NCBI RefSeq assembly: GCF_006345805.1
Contig: NC_043002.1
Location: 77,190,001 to 77,254,000 of the forward strand
Direction of reading: 5' to 3'
Length of the DNA: 64,000 bases
From: Octopus sinensis
Lineage: Eukaryota
A program made the translations under genes and the position numbers. The notes below the pieces were generated by a model that was not told the origin of the DNA, searched no databases, and was given only the letters and a program-made list of their open reading frames with translations. This document shows, in pieces, positions 37,531-49,260 of this stretch (its first letter is position 1; each line of letters opens with the position of its first letter).

Positions 37531-38424
37531 GCAGGTAAATATATTAAAAGAAAGAAGCTTCCAGGCTTTGTTATAAGCAAAAGATATCTATTGGTTTATC
37601 GTGTTTCATCAGTGTAGTTCCAATACAGAGAAATACCTACAAGCTCCTATTGTTTTTGGTGTTTATTTACTAGGGTATGACGTAGTTTTCTATCACACAG
37701 TAATGCTTGGTATATAACGTTTGAATAGCATATATATGAATGGTGTTTCAGTAATTAAAAAGTCGAACATGAAATGGAACATTCCTTGACAACTTTCATT
37801 GATTTGTGTACTATTTATAAACATGTGTAACAAAGAAACATGATTGAATAAATATTTGATAACAAATAAAATGCCAGTGTAATCAGAAGTTTTTAAAGGT
37901 CTCCACATAATATAAATATCCATAAAATGTAAAGAGCTAACCTACAATCAATTTTAATTATCACTATGAACCATTATAGGGATGCACAGAGAAAGAGTGG
38001 AAGAGGTGGGAGGGGGAGATTAAAAAAGAAACAATAACTGGCTGGTGCACTCATGCATGTCCATTGAGAATATCAATGTTATGTGCTTTGTCCTTTGCTA
38101 ATAATTGATGTTTCATGATTGCAACACCAAGCTTTTCAAAGTGATGACCACAATCACAATAAATAATCTTTTTGTTTACATTCAAAATGGCTCCTTATGT
38201 TAGACTGTGCAAGCCATTTACGATGAATTTAGCTGGAAAAAATTATTTCAAGTCTCCTAATCCAGTATATTTATGTGCATCTGTGACTATGCATGATTCT
38301 GAGACTTATATATGCCAGGTGTTGAGGGACAGCTGTGTGACAGTAAAGAAGATGGTTTATTTATTTCTTTTCAAGGTCAATCCACTTAAGCAGACTGGTT
38401 TAACTATGTGATTTACTGTTTTTC

Positions 38425-38613
38425 TCTCTCTTTTACTCTTTTACTTGTTTCAGTCATTTGACTGCAGCCATGTTGGAACACCACCTTTAGTCAAGCAAAT
38501 CGACCCCAGGACTTATTCTTTGTAAGCCTAGTACTTATTCTAATGATCTCTTTTTGCCAAACTGCATTGGTTGTCAAGCGATGTTGGGCAGGACAAACAC
38601 ACACACACACACA

Positions 38614-38690
<77 letters not shown>

Positions 38691-38870
38691 GTATATATAC
38701 ATATATATGACGGGCTTCTTTCAGTTTCCATCTATCAAATCCACTCACAAGGCTTTGGTCAGTCTGAGGCTATAGTAGAAGACACTTGCCCAAGGTACCA
38801 TGCAGTGGGACTGAACCCAGAACCATGTGGTTGGTAAGCAAGCTACTTACTACATAGCCACTCCTGCACC
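38425..38870 (-). mobile_element. Family B SINE, full length
   Basis: Consensus match. Confidence 0.9.
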
Positions 38871-39954
38871 TGATTTGTATACAGTAAATTACTAACTCTT
38901 GAAGTGGACATGTACTCCTCTGCTCTCATCTGTCCAAATCAAAGATGGAAAACTATGGTAAAGAATGGAAAGAGAATAAAAAGAAATAATGGACATATAA
39001 TGTAAAGAGAAGAGGAGAATGGTAGGAATGGTAGGAGAACAATAGAACAAATAGAGAAAGCAAGTGTGTATGTTTGAGAAAATGGAATATCAAATTAGTG
39101 AGAAATGTTTAGTAATAAATTTTCCTACCATAATCAATCTACAAGCAAACTATTCTGCAGTGTACTAGTGTTGAGAGTGTTGTATGTGGCTTCATGTTTT
39201 CCCTAATCAAGTAGATGTGTTATTAAAAGCATTTCAGTCAGGACCATCCTCTGTTTAGGGTTATATAGACATACATTATGGAATGTGGCCTGTGTGTATG
39301 TAAGATGGTAGGTGGGGTTGTGGCTGGAGGGAAATTCAGTTGCTATTTCTAGCAGGTCAAGTAACCATGTTGTTGTCGCCTCGATGGAATATTGAGGCTA
39401 TTGCTGTTTAGCCACAGGTCTGTCCTGCTGTTGAGCCACAGATGCGAACCATTAAGTTAGTCATGGCCTAGGCCAGTTCTGGCTGAAACTTATCTAAGTA
39501 TTAACAAAGATACTCCAGTGATAGTTAAACTAGCACTCCATCGGTTACAACAACAAGGGTTCCAGTTGATCCAATCAACAGGTCAGCCTACTCGTGAAAT
39601 TAACATGCAAGTGGTTGAGCACTCCACAGACACATGTACCCTTAATGTAGTTCTCTGGCAATTTCAATGTGACACAGAGTGAGACAAGGCTGGCTGTTTG
39701 AAATATAGGTACTACTCATTTCTGCCAGCTTAGTGGACTGGAGCAATGTGAAATAAAGTGTCTTACTCAAGGACACAACAAACTGCTGGGCTGTGTCAAT
39801 CTCCAACATCATCAGTGGCATGGTTCCTACAGCTGGATGCCCTTCCTAATACCAAACATGTTACAGAGTGTACTGGGTTGCTTTTCACATGCCACCATGG
39901 GCATTAGTGCGTTTGCCTAGTAACTTGCAAGACAGAAAAGAACAGAGAATAGAG

Positions 39955-40187
39955 GCAGTGAGCTGGCAGAAATGTTAGCCCGCTGGGCGAAATACTTAGC
40001 GGTATTTTGTCTGCCGTTATGTTCTGAGTTCAAATTCCACCGAGGTCAACTTTGCCTTTCATCTTTTCAGGGTCGATAAATTAAGTGCCAGTTATGCACT
40101 GGGGTCGATGTAATCGACTTAATCCCTTTATCTGTCCTTGTTTGTCCCCTCTATGTTTAGCCCCTTGTGGGCAATAAAGAAATAAGA
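39955..40187 (+). mobile_element. Family A SINE with a ~15-bp TSD
   Basis: TSD gaaaagaa(c/t)agagaa on both flanks. Confidence 0.9.
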
Positions 40188-40879
40188 AAAGAATAGAGAA
40201 AGATGAGAAAGGAAAGAAAAAACTCCCACCACTAAGAGGGAGTATTTAGGAGGGGAAGGTGGAGGTGGATGGCTGTATGCCAAGCATTGAAAGGGTAAAG
40301 TATGATAATGACAAACACAAGGAACTTGTTATAGAGGAGATATATGGCTGAAGGAGATAAGAGGAAGTGATGAGGTGCTCAAGCTGTACCCTGCAACCTT
40401 TTTTCCCTTGTGGTACACTTATATCCTTTTCAGAATTCGGTGGAATACCTGAACTAAAAGTATAGGGAAAAAATTATATTCAGGTTACACTGTGGCACAC
40501 CTAGCATCGTCTTGTGACACACCAGTCTGCCACTGTGCTAGAGCAAACTCTCAAGGAAGAAGAAGGTAAGCGTAAGAAAGGAAATGGGAGGTGGGTCACA
40601 GGAGGGAATGAGAAAGTAAGTGCTTTCGTAAGAGTGTGAGCGGGGGAGTAAATGGATGGAGGTAGAGATTAATGTTATGAGAGATGAACAAGGGCGAGGT
40701 TGCAGATGATGGGAAATACCAGTGTGTAGAAGGGTAAGGTGGGAGATATAGGAGTGGCCCAGGAAGGAGAATAGAACAGAAGGTAACAGAATGCCTTGTA
40801 AGGTGTAGGAGTAGAGAAGAGGAAAAAGAGATATAGGGTTACGTAAGGGGAGTTATATTAGAAACTATTATTCTTTTAT

Positions 40880-41058
40880 TCTGTTATTCTTTTACTTGTT
40901 TCAGTCATTTTGAAAGGTATTAGTCAACCAAGTCAATCCCTTTTTAAGCCTAGTACTCATTCTGTCAGTCTCTTTTGCCGAACCTCTAAGTTACAGGCAT
41001 GTAAAACACACTAACACTGGTTGTCAAGTGGTGATGGGAGGACAAACAAAAACACAAA

Positions 41059-41104
<46 letters not shown>

Positions 41105-41297
41105 CACACATATATATACACACACACACGTGTGTGTGTGTGTGATGGGCTTCTTTTAGTTTCCGTCTACTAAATCCACTCACAAGGCTTTGGTCGACCC
41201 AGAGGCTATAGTAGAAGACACTTGCCCAAGATGCCACACAATGGGACTGAACCTAGAACCATGTGGTTGGGAAGCAAGCTTATTACCACACAACCAG
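40880..41297 (-). mobile_element. Family B SINE
   Basis: Consensus match. Confidence 0.9.
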
Positions 41298-41889
41298 GCT
41301 ATTATCTTTTTTAAAGAGCCTTTTTGTGTGTGTGTGTTGTTATAAGTCATTGTTAACAATATAGGCCAGTATAACTCCTTGCTTTTAACAATACTCAATA
41401 CCTATAGTATAGCTATATACTCCAATACCCATCTGTTTGCAATTGCTTGTAAGCATTCAATTGTGCTATGTGACAGGATAGGGAAATTGTAAAACTTATA
41501 TTTCCCACCCAGAAATAAGTTGTTGGCTCTTATGTCAGCAGTAAAGAAACAAGAGCTAAAGTCATAGGAATAAATAAATGAAAGGTAACAATAAAAAATA
41601 AAATAAAGCAAAAAAAAAAATAATGTCTCTATGACATGTTCAGTACAAACAACTCTGGTAAGTTTTCTTATCAGCTTTAGAAACTACAACTTCCTACTTA
41701 TCCAAACAATTCGTTGTTTTTTGCAACTGAGACAGCTTTCTAATTTTAAACTTTTTACAGACAAGATTTAAACTTTTATAATTAAAGACCATAGTGCAGA
41801 ATTTATTAAACTCCCAATATATGAAGTGCAAAAAAAAAACATTGAGACGTTGAATCTGTAAAACTTTTAGTACATATATGGTTCAGAGC

Positions 41890-42117
41890 TTAACCCTTTT
41901 ATTACCATATTTCTTTTGAAACACACTGCTTTGGTTTTAATTAATTTTGAAAACAACGAAGAATTCAGTAAAATAATTACCATACAGAGTTGGGGTTTGG
42001 AACATGAATTTACTTGAAATTTTGGTGTAAAGTTTTAAATTTAGACCACCCTGAAAGGGGAAGTTTGTATCATAGAATTAAGAGTGATCTCAAGTGAGTT
42101 AGCATCACAAGGGTTGA
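41890..42117. mobile_element. piggyBac-like MITE (same family as 37298-37530, inverted)
   Basis: ttaa|ccctttt ... acaaggg|ttga. Confidence 0.75.
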
Positions 42118-42759
42118 GGTATTGAACTAATTGAACCACATAGAGTCAATAGTACTGCTTGGCTTGGCATGTAAATACAAAGGGAAGGGGAAATAGATCA
42201 CGTCCTTTATTAGGTGTATTCATAAACCTCTTTTACATTGATTGAAATAACAAAAGATTTCCTCAGAAACAGTGATTTGACTAATAAGAACCAATGTTAG
42301 TCACAACTCTAGTTGGGCTCTTACTCTCAGTGTATGCTTGCAATATATATTTTACAGAATATTTTAAAATTTAAAATAAAAGTAAGTTTATTTGTTTTTT
42401 TATATATATAATTGAGCCAGAGCCTGGACAAAATATTGCTGTAGTAGGTCACATCTGGCTCAGTTGTCCCTTTTTCCCTACCTAGATCCGTTTAAAATAA
42501 CTATTTCCCTCCATTTTTTCCATCATTTTCACTTATGTCATTATAAACAATATTACCCAATATTTCTTTCCCAGAACTTTATCTCTCTGAAATTCTCTTT
42601 CTGCCAATCAAGAATTGAATTAGATCATTAGCTATACAATCCTTACAGAGTTATTTCAATGTCATTCCATTTATAGGTCCTAAGACTGCTACTAAACTAA
42701 TATTTTCCTTAGACTAAATAATAACAAATATATATAATATATCCATAGTACAAGGCATG

Positions 42760-43160
42760 ACTTGCTTTCCAGCCACATGGTCCCACGTTCTATTCCACTG
42801 CATGGCACCTTGGTCAAGCGTCTTCTAATATAGCCTCGGACCAACCAAAGCCTTGTGAGTAGATTTAGTAGACAGTAATTGAAAGAAACTCATCATATAT
42901 ATCTGTGTATGTGTGTGTGTTTGTGTGAGAGAGAGTGTGTATGTGTGTGTGTTTGTCCCCCACCACCACTTTACAACCAGTACTGGTATGTTCATGTCCC
43001 CATAACTTAATGGTTCAACAAAAGAGATCGATAGTATAAGTACCGCACTAAACAAAAATAAGTACTGGGGTCGATTCATTCGACTAAAAATTCTTCGAGG
43101 CAGTGCCCCAGCATGGCCACAGTCTAATGACTGAAACAAGTAAAAGATAAAAGATAAAAG
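42760..43160 (+). mobile_element. Family B SINE
   Basis: Consensus match. Confidence 0.85.
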
Positions 43161-43438
43161 AAATTCAGCTAACAAATAAAGTACAATTTACAACAGTAAA
43201 AGATCATTCTGTAGTCGTTATGTTTTTCCCTCTAATTAGAAATAATTATTTACAGTTAGCTTTGTAAATACTCATGTTAAATGTGTTAACACTAACTTAA
43301 CAATATTTCAAAGCTTGCCTCGAACCACCAGACTCTTAAATATATTCTCTCTAAGACGTTCTAGCTTTGTAGCAAGTTTGTTGAAAGGTGGGTGAATGTT
43401 GGAAGAATGGCCAGTGTGAAAGAACCAATTCTGAGCAT

Positions 43439-43523
43439 GCACCTGTGAGAAATAAAAGAAGGGCTCTGTTGATCAGGCACCTGTGAGAAATAAAAGAAGG
43501 GCTCTGTTGATTAGGCACCTGTG
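43439..43523. repeat. 38-bp tandem repeat x2.2 inside a probable LINE 3' UTR ending gagcccttgtggctaataaaagaa (about 43690)
   Basis: Units gcacctgtgagaaataaaagaagggctctgttgat(c/t)ag; the tail resembles the family A SINE tail. Confidence 0.7.
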
Positions 43524-43709
43524 GTTTTTGTGGGTTTTTCCACAAGGACCTTAAATTGCCTCCTCTATTGGGAATTTAATTTGTTTACTCATGGCAAAAC
43601 CCATTGTATCGTCCTGTTTTCGTTTTTTATGTTGTTGCATGTCATTTAATGTTGTTTTATGTGAGCCCTTGTGGCTAATAAAAGAATTGATTATTACTAT
43701 TATCATTAT

Positions 43710-43900
43710 TATCCTATTTTCCTCTTCTTTTTTTCTTTTACTGTTGTATACTATGTATATTTCCCTTCTTTGTTTTATTGTATATCATAGATACTTACTT
43801 CTATTTTTTTCCCCCTTTCATTATCTGTAAACCCTACATTTTATGTCAGCTTTTGTATTGCCCTCCCATCCTTCACCTTTGTGGCAAATAAAAGAAATCA
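43710..43900 (+). mobile_element. Probable LINE 3' UTR; paralog at about 52790-52980
   Basis: Shared tatactatgtat...ttcccttct...tgtaaaccc...ttgtattg...aaataaaagaaatcattat. Confidence 0.55.
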
Positions 43901-44578
43901 TTATGAGATGGCAGAATCATTAGCATGCTGGACAAAATGTTTAGCGGCATTTCGCCCGTCACTACATTCTGAGTTCAAATTCCACTGAGATTGACTTTGC
44001 CCAACATGCCATGCAGTGGGACTGAACCCGGAACCATGTGGTTGGCAAGCAAGCTACTTACCACACAGCCACCCCTAGCCTTGCTTATTTTTATTTTTTA
44101 TGGTGTAACTCCAAGTGAACTACTACATGGGGCTTTTTGTTGCACATCTATTACAACTGCTGCACATTTACATCAGTTGAAATATTTTTCACAGCATGTA
44201 ATAAGAAATACTAATGGGTGATTTGCCATTGTCTCCAACATAATTTCCAGCCTGACCCAAAATTACTAAATGCCAACAGTACATAAGTAGATTAACAATT
44301 AATTTGTCTCTTCCTATTTAGACATTATTGATTCAACTACTTGTGCTTTACTCTTTTTTACTCTTTTACTTGTTTCAGTCATTTGACTGTGGCCATGCTG
44401 GAGCACTGCCTTTAGTCAAGCAAATCAACCCCAGGACTTATTCTTTGTAAACTTAGTACTTATTCTATCGGTCTGTTTTTGCCAAATCACTAAGTTACAG
44501 GGATGTAAACACACCAGCATCGGTTGTCAAGCAATGCTGGGGGGACAAACACAGACACACAAACATATACATACAAAC

Positions 44579-44655
<77 letters not shown>

Positions 44656-44749
44656 ATATATTCACCATGATAGATCGGTAGCCACTACACACATTTTTTT
44701 CTCTCCTGTTTTTCTTTCCTTGTTTCTCTCCTTGTTACTTTCTGTGTTC

Positions 44750-44785
44750 CTTTCTGTGGAAGAGCGTAGGCTCAAAACATTAAAG
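44750..44785 (+). ncRNA. Decayed hammerhead-like motif (CUGUGGA family)
   Basis: CUUU-CUGUGGA-A-GAGC[GUAG]GCUC-AAA-ACAU-U/AAAG. Stem I is perfect; there are two CpG-to-CpA changes relative to 34547-34582. Confidence 0.55.
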
Positions 44786-45008
44786 ACTTTTTCAATTCCC
44801 GAGCATTATATACTAATACATCTGTTTGTTTTCTACACCACCTGCCTTCGTCTTTTGTTTTTTTCGTGAATTCTCCCTATATATATATATATATATATAC
44901 ATATTGATAAAAATGGTAAAACAACAAAAGAAAGAAAGAGACCTCGATATTATGTAAATAGAGGAATTTATCTGTAAATGTAATATGTGACAATTATTCG
45001 GTAGCCAT

Positions 45009-45068
45009 GATAAAATCCGAGTTTTGGATGCCGAGGTGGAAATCCATGCCGCCATCTCTTCAGTTATC
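45009..45068 (-). ncRNA. Decayed hammerhead-like motif (third family)
   Basis: GAUAA-CUGAAGA-GAUG...CAUC-C-AAA-ACUCGGAU-U/UUAUC. Perfect 5-bp stem I; G12 is replaced by A. Confidence 0.55.
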
Positions 45069-45136
45069 TGGCCATCAGAAAAATGCTATGAAAAATGACC
45101 GTTATACAAAGGGAAATTACTGTGCGATTGACCGTC

Positions 45137-45169
<33 letters not shown>

Positions 45170-46529
45170 CACAACGGGCTTCTTTCAATTTCCGTCTGCC
45201 AAATCCACTCACAAGGCTTTGGTTGGCCTGAGGCTATAGCAAAAAGACACTTACCCAAGGTGCCACGCAGTGGGACTGAACCCGGAACCATGTGGTTCGT
45301 AAGCAAGCTACTTACCACACAGCCACTCCTACGCCTACTTGTATTTACAGCAACATCATGAAAATATATATGTGCACCTTTATGCAAGTGTGTACACATA
45401 TACATTAGTGCATTAGTGCATGTATTTATGCACATGTTTACATATACATGTGGCTATTTGTATAAGGAATATCCCTTTCATTCTTTTTTCCTTTTGTAGT
45501 TATTTCATGATTTACCATTTTTCTCTGCCATTTAGTTGATGCTTGTTTACTATTATGCTTGTTTACTATTATTAATGTACCACTGTCCCCTGTTTTATTT
45601 CTTTGTAAGTCATAGCTGTATGACATGGCTGTGAGGTTAAAAGAAATTTGCTTCATAATGACATGGTTTTGGTTCAATCTCATTGTGTAGCACCGTTTCA
45701 CATGTATGTGCGTGCATGTGTGTGTGTGTTTGAGTTTTTCATACTGGTGTGTGTGTGCGCACATGTGTGCTTTCCATGCTGGTGTGTGTGTGTGTGTCTG
45801 CTTTCCATATTGGTATGGACAGAACAGGTCTTCAGATTTACTCCTACATATGGTCAGAGGCCCATGTCTCATTCATACTTTTTATTTTGGCCTGATTTCT
45901 ATGACTTGGTGCCCTTCCTAATCGCAACTACTTTTGCAGCATGTGTGAGTGTGTGCATGTGCATGTGCATGTGTTTGCATATATATACATGTGAATGTAA
46001 ACATCTTTTTTTAAAGGGTGTAAACAGCAGTGTGAAGATTGTAAACCTGGTACTTCTTGAACAAAGTCCTTTGCAGTAGTTGTTCCACTCTAACTTACAG
46101 ACACTCCCTTATCACTTTTGTTACCAGAAATTCAGTGAGCCAGTGATTGGCTTGTCACAGGCATATAACCAACAGCTCTATTGTTCATCAGCTGTTATAC
46201 AAAATAAATAAAATAAGGCAAAAACTGTTTATTATAATGGTGAGTTTTTCTCAGAGAATATCACCTGGAGTTTCTAGACATTTTTGTATTGTACTTTCCC
46301 TTACTTTTTCTCTTCTCCTTCTCTCACTCTTTCTTTTTCTCTTGTTCTGTGAGGTCAATCAATGTATAATTCTATAGATGTAGGTGAAGTAGAACTATAA
46401 TCTACAGGGTAGGTTGGCTTGTATAATTTATTATGAACATTATCTCCTGTTCATTCCAAACCATTCTTCAACGTCTACTTTAATAACTGAAGTCATATGG
46501 AAGAAAGACATGTGAGGTATTAACATAAT

Positions 46530-46736
46530 GTGGATGTATCAGTACATAATCAGTACTTAAGGAAAGTAATTGTTACCAATTGTTATTATGTTCTTCCCAT
46601 GGACTATGATTGTATTCCAATAGTTATACAGCTGCTAATATCAATAGATGATTACAGAGATACAATAAAGAAAAAATTATGGTTTGACTTCCTTTGCATT
46701 CATTTTGAAAAGGAATTTGATTTTGTCATATACTAG
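46530..46736 (+). pseudogene. Possible decayed CR1/L2-type RT fragment
   Basis: QLLISIDDY...DFLCIHFEKEFDFV resembles QLL..DDW...DxIYxDFxKAFDxV. Confidence 0.35.
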
Positions 46737-48877
46737 ACTCATAATTAAATTTAAACTAGTTGGATCAGGTCATATTTTAAGCAAGACTGAGAATTTAGAT
46801 TCAAGCATGCTTTCCTTCCAGTAACCAAAATCAGTTTTGACGTTGCATTTTCCTAATTTCTGCTAATACTTAAAAAAAAAGGTAAAGTTACCTTTTCAAG
46901 TCATGCTGACCCAAAAGGGCCAGTTTTCCAGTTTCCATGGTGGATAAATTCTCCACCTGGATGGGATGCCAGTCCCTCACAGGATTACTTGCTTTGGCCA
47001 ACTGAGTGGACTGGAGCAATGTGAAATGAAGTGTTTTGCTCAAGAACACAATGTGTCCAGGAACCAAAACAACAATCTTATGATCATGAGTCCAACACCC
47101 AAACCACTAACCCATGCACCTCCACCCAGTAATTAAAGATAAATGCAAATTATTTTTGTGATTAGTAATTAAACTAAGATATCATAATTTTCAATTACAA
47201 TAATCCTACCTCAAGTGGCAGCGGTAGTAGTGACAATAGTAACAGCAGTGGTGATGATAATGGTAAAGAATTGGAAATTTATGCAACATGCAAGATTTTA
47301 CAATTTTCTTTTGACACCAAAATGTCGCAAATAACAAGACTAACGCTCTTCCTCTAAACATGTGTAAAATGGTGTGAAAGCACGCAAACACACACACACA
47401 CACACACACACATGCACACACACATGCACTCACATGCACATATAGTTTAGATGCAAATTCCTAAGCTTCTCTGTGAATTACAAGGAACATTCAAGTTACT
47501 TCACTGCAAAAAGTTAATGATTAAGAGTTTGCCAAAACTTTGACCAAATATTTGAAGAATATATCAGTTTATTTGGTGTACATACACATGTAGATATACA
47601 GATGCATGTATAGATACTCATGCATGTGTAGGCGGAAACCTATATATGTGTAGATACACATGCAAGTGTGTATGCACAAAAGTATTACTTTATGCACATG
47701 TAATCACTCTCTTTCTTCTCTAACGTTGTTTTCTATCACATCTCCATCTTTTCCTCCCCCGTTTCTCTGTTTCATGCATGGAGGTTTAGCAACCTTTCTA
47801 CTTTTGACAAGCATTGACAGCAGAGTGAGTTGTTGTCAAGGTTAGAAGCCTTGAAACTTTGAAATAGCAATGTTGAAAACAACTCAATTGACTAGTTTTT
47901 CAAGCTGAATCCTACTTGGCATTGGAGAGAAGCAGGATGGCTGGCAAGAAAGATTGTTGTTTTTGCTTCAGTAAAGTCGAAAACTAAAAGCAAATGGACT
48001 GTTATCTGTGTCAGATCAAACAACCGGTAAAGAGCTGAGAAGGAAAAACAAGTGAGTGAGTGAAAAGAGATAGAGCAGGAAGGAAAGAGAGAGAGAGGGG
48101 GTGGAATATAAAATAAGAACAAACTAGAATATGTAAGGGGAAGGGAGATTAATCTTTATGGCCTGAAAGAGTGAGAGAGAAAGGGAAGAATAGAAGAGAA
48201 AGGGAGGAGGAAAAGAAGAGAGAAGGAAAAAGGTGGTTAGGTAAGAAAGAAAAACAAAGAAGAGAAAGAAGGGAGGATATAAGAGTGAAAAGAAAGAAAG
48301 AAACAAAGAAGATGGAGAAAGTAAGAAGAAAATGTGGATGAGAAGGAAAAAAGGAGAAAAAATTGAGTTAAAAATAGAAAAAAAAATATGAAGAATAAGA
48401 AGATTTGGAGGGGGATAAAAGAGAGAGAGAGAGAGAGAAAGAGAAGAAAAATTTGAAGGAAGAGAAATAACAAAGAAAATCTAGATGGAAGCACAGTCTG
48501 TGAAATGATGTTGATTTTCTCTTTACACATGTCTAGTTCAATCATGTTGCAATCCCAGATTAGAATTTACGTAACATGCACTGACCATGATTAACTTCTA
48601 GCTTTATTGATTTGCTTGTTTATAGAATGTACTTTGTTGGATTCAGCCCTTAAACCTTGGTCTCTGCTCTATTCTCTGGTGAACAAAGAGAGATGGAACA
48701 AAGGAAGAAGTCGCTCGGATACAAATAAACAAATTAATAAAATTAACAGGAAAATGGTTGTGTGCTGTTAAGAAGTTTGCTTCGCAACAACAAAAGCACC
48801 GTGATTCCAACTTTGACCTCTTCTCACTGTGTATAAAAGCATTGTCACTAAAATTTGCTGCAAGTCCACCATGTGTA

Positions 48878-48925
<48 letters not shown>

Positions 48926-49184
48926 TTTACCCCATATTGAATTTAATGGAGATCTCCATAAAATGAGTGTAACTATATCATTCACAGTTTAGCAATGGAG
49001 ACTGCTAATTATGTGATTATAGAGTGTTAGATGTAAGGAATAGACAAGGTAAATCCTCACTCCATATGTATGTAGCATGGATTTACCTTCTCTTTTCTCC
49101 TCAGTGTGTGTGTGAGTGTGTGTGTGTGTACGTGTGTACGTACATACGTACGTACATACATACATACATACATACATACATACA

Positions 49185-49217
<33 letters not shown>

Positions 49218-49221
49218 GTAC

Positions 49222-49260
<39 letters not shown>

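Larger units (their letters stand above)
44350..45335 (-). mobile_element. Family B SINE split by Penelope-like inserts within its central (TA)n
   Basis: 3' half at 44350-44580 and 5' half at 45160-45335; the insert spans 44660-45138. Confidence 0.85.

Noticed and set aside
41402-41611. 69-aa minus-strand ORF with a pyrimidine-rich start
   Set aside because: Acceptor and donor choices are ambiguous, there is no recognisable motif, and it cannot be linked in phase with confidence.
47880-48540. Long purine-rich strand-asymmetric tract (also 2500-2760 and 40190-40860)
   Set aside because: It is low-complexity GA-rich sequence with no periodicity or defined ends, which is ordinary for this kind of genome.
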